A stretch of DNA of 64,000 bases. Origin: Squalus acanthias (lineage: Eukaryota). The notes under the pieces are model-generated. The model searched no databases. It was not told the DNA's origin and saw only the letters and a list, made by a program, of their open reading frames with translations. The translations under genes were made by a program, and so were the position numbers. Each line of letters opens with the position of its first letter. Position 1 is the first letter of the stretch. Where the stretch lies: positions 100,752,001 to 100,816,000 of the forward strand of contig CM059431.1 in NCBI GenBank assembly GCA_030390025.1, read 5' to 3'. Of the stretch, positions 61,489 to 64,000 are shown one piece after another.

Positions 61489-62230
61489 GGCCCAAAAATT
61501 CATCCCGGTGCGCGAGAGTACGCACTGCGTACTCTCGCGTATTCCCTCTGCAATTGCCGGTTTTCTGCATGCCCTGCGCATGCGCTGAAAACCAGCAATT
61601 GCTCTTTTGAAAAGGGGGCGGTTCCTCGGTGCATCGCGTGCGCGCTACAGGCTGCGCGCACGCTGTGCACTTCATGCTTTGGACGCGCAGGTAAGTACTG
61701 AAGATTTTAGAAATGTAAAAAGGAGGAGTAAGACCCACTTTTAACAAGTTAAGTAATGAATTAAGTATTTTTTTGATTTTTTTTTTACAGGTATATCTTT
61801 TTTAGAGACTTTAAAGACAGGTAAGTTTATTTTTATAACTTTTTAAAAGATTTTAAAAAATTTCAAAAATTTAATTTTTTATTTAAAATGGTTAATTTAT
61901 TTAACTATACTTATTTTATTAATGTGATGTTTTTTTTTAAATTTAATTGAGGTTTAGCTGTTATTTTGGGGGGGTGTAAGATTCATAGATTTCACAGCCG
62001 TGCTGTGAAACTTATGAATGGAAGATGGTGTGCTGCCATTGGCTCTAACTGAGTCACGTGATCCCACAGCTCGCACGAATTCACTACGCCGGTGGGATAC
62101 GCAAGCACTGCCCAGCTGATGTCTGGAACATCAAGTTCGTGCGAGCTGGATCTGAAAAAGCACAAGCGAGGTGAGAGATCGCGGGGAAGGCTTACCCCCG
62201 CGGGAACAGAGCGAGATCAATTTCTGGGCC
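61489..62230. mobile_element. Non-autonomous TIR element (Harbinger/PIF-like MITE) with AAT TSD
   Basis: TIRs ggcccaaaaattcatc / gatcaatttctgggcc; exact TSD aat at 61486-61488 and 62231-62233. Confidence 0.87.
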
Positions 62231-62969
62231 AATATTTTTGAAAGCTATACTGACTCTTTTGTTAAAACGGGCATTCTAGTATGCAACAAAGTCACAAGTT
62301 ACAAACAGTTTCTAACTTTCTGTTAAGCAGTGTCTAGTTACAAACAAGTTTTTTTTCAACCAAACAGGACTTCTTTTGGAATTGTTTCTTCTAATTAAAA
62401 GGCAAAATTAATTGTGCAGGGCATTAAAAAAGTAAATCACACAACCCATTTATAAATCTAACATGCAAAGTAAAAAGAGGATTAAGTTGTAGAGCAATAA
62501 TTAGTTACTTACAGCACTGGAGTCCACATCACTGTGAATTGCAACTGTTTTTATGCCCATCTTCTTGCAAGTCTTAATGATCTACAGAAGTAACACAAAT
62601 ATTACAAAGTAGCTCACTTGTTTGTTTGTATGCTTTTCAACAGAACATTACAAAGCTGTTTGATTCTATTGAATGCTTCCTCCCTTTATTTCTACTTTAC
62701 TCTCACTCCAAAACAACTGGGTGACAACATTCACTACTGTGGATGGCATTCCATAAATAAATAAGTGTCAAAAAAGTCCTGACATAGCGTACCAGACCAC
62801 CAGTGCCCATTGTCGGAGCAGTGAGGGGTGCAGGATTGATCTCCACGTTGCTGGCTGCCAACCCCTGTAAGTCTTTATGCCAACATGAGCCAGTGACTTC
62901 AGGACAGAAGGGGAGAAAATTAAGCAGGGGGGAAAAAGCATACAAAAGGCAAATTGTATTTAAATCATA

Positions 62970-63200
62970 AAATCATAGAATCGTACAGCACAGAAGGAGG
63001 CCATTCGGCCCATTGTGTCTGTGCCGGCTCTTTGAAAGAGCTCTCCAATTAGTCCCACTCCCCCTGCTCTTTCCCCGTAGCCCTTCAAATGTCTCCTTTT
63101 CTAGTATTTATCCAATTCCCTTTTGAAAGTTACTATTGAATCTGCTTCCACCGCCCTTTCAGGCAGTGCGTTCCAGATCGTAACACTGCGTGAAAAAATT
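62970..63200 (-). mobile_element. CR1 LINE 3' fragment
   Basis: Reverse tail catagaatcgtacagcacagaaggaggccattcggccc. Confidence 0.85.
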
Positions 63201-63536
63201 CAGGTTTTTTTTTTAACAACAATGAACAAGGAAAAATGAATTTGTTCCTTTATATTAAATAAAACTCAGTGATGAAAATAGGGTCATCTACATACTATTT
63301 TTTATTGCAGTTTAAATACAACTTTAATAATTATTAACATAAGAAGTGAATTTTCAAAATGTACTATACAGCTTAAATTCAAACATTAAAGTTTCAGTAA
63401 TGTTAGTCATCCCCTATGGCACTGCTCAAAGAGGAAAAAAATCTTGCTTTCTCTCTCCATGTCACTGCTTCCATCCTTGTCATCCACTCTTGAATTGGAG
63501 CGTTTATTGCCCAGGCACGCAAGTGAGATTGTGGAA

Positions 63537-63945
63537 GTGTCTGGATGAGGAAAATCCGGAGGTAAAGCTGGGGCCGGGGCCAAGGCCAAGTTGCACTCAT
63601 CCTGGGCAGGACTGCAGTTCCCTGTGGACCATGTTCCTGGGAAAGGGGAACTATGCTGAGCGTGTGGGTGTCGGAGCCCCGGTCTTTCTGGCTGCTGCGT
63701 TTGAGTATCTTGATCACTGACATCCTGGAGCTGGCTGGCAACACGGCCCGCAACATCAAGAGGACCCGCAACGCCCCCAGACGCCTGCAGCTGGCCATCC
63801 GCATCGAGGAGATCAACAAGCTGCTGGGACAGGAAACCGTCGTCCAGGGCAGGGTTCTGCCTAATATTCAGGACGAAGAAAAACAGCACAAACAGCAAGT
63901 AAAGTGCCCAAGACTGAATCTGATAACCAAAGGCTACTTAAGGGG
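63537..63945 (+). pseudogene. H2A: Replication-dependent histone H2A pseudogene
   Basis: GTG in place of ATG, then SG*GKSGGKA..AKAK..AGLQFPV; after frameshifts [41 protein letters not shown] and [12 protein letters not shown] at 63900-63902; stem-loop remnant ccaaaggctacttaagggg. Confidence 0.93.
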
Positions 63946-64000
63946 AAAAAATGAGGCACTTAGAAGCACTGAGCTCTCGAGTCGAGCATGCCCAAGGGCA

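Noticed and set aside
63403..63898. Minus-strand ORFs of 138 and 163 aa
   Set aside because: Antisense shadows of the GC-rich H2A pseudogene

Overview
Repeat-dense vertebrate genomic DNA, very probably from a shark. The evidence is an HE1/V-SINE copy, about 20 DeuSINE/SacSINE1-like tRNA SINEs, and CR1, L2 and RTE LINEs. It is not prokaryotic, and there is no CRISPR array, rRNA gene or true tRNA gene. No intact protein-coding gene can be firmly called; most long ORFs are LINE fragments or read-through of a 33-bp minisatellite. The window may be intronic to a large minus-strand gene (several weak candidate short exons). Notable items: (1) a ~410-bp non-repeat segment (23429-23840, minus) whose open frame ends in a TAA embedded in AATAAA and resembles a parvovirus capsid C-terminus, a candidate endogenous viral element; (2) a 1,700-bp solo LTR with TG..CA ends and a GTGT target-site duplication (TSD); (3) Penelope-type insertions with hammerhead ribozyme cores, one a perfect 65-bp-arm palindrome with a 14-bp TSD; (4) a ~41-copy 33-bp minisatellite born inside a SINE; (5) Harbinger-like MITEs with a shared hairpin architecture; (6) a LINE with a tRNA-like (Pol III) 5' head; (7) a decayed histone H2A copy; (8) a DIRS-like relic. 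Family names come from motif recognition, not database searches. Repeat boundaries are approximate unless a TSD or terminal inverted repeat (TIR) is cited.
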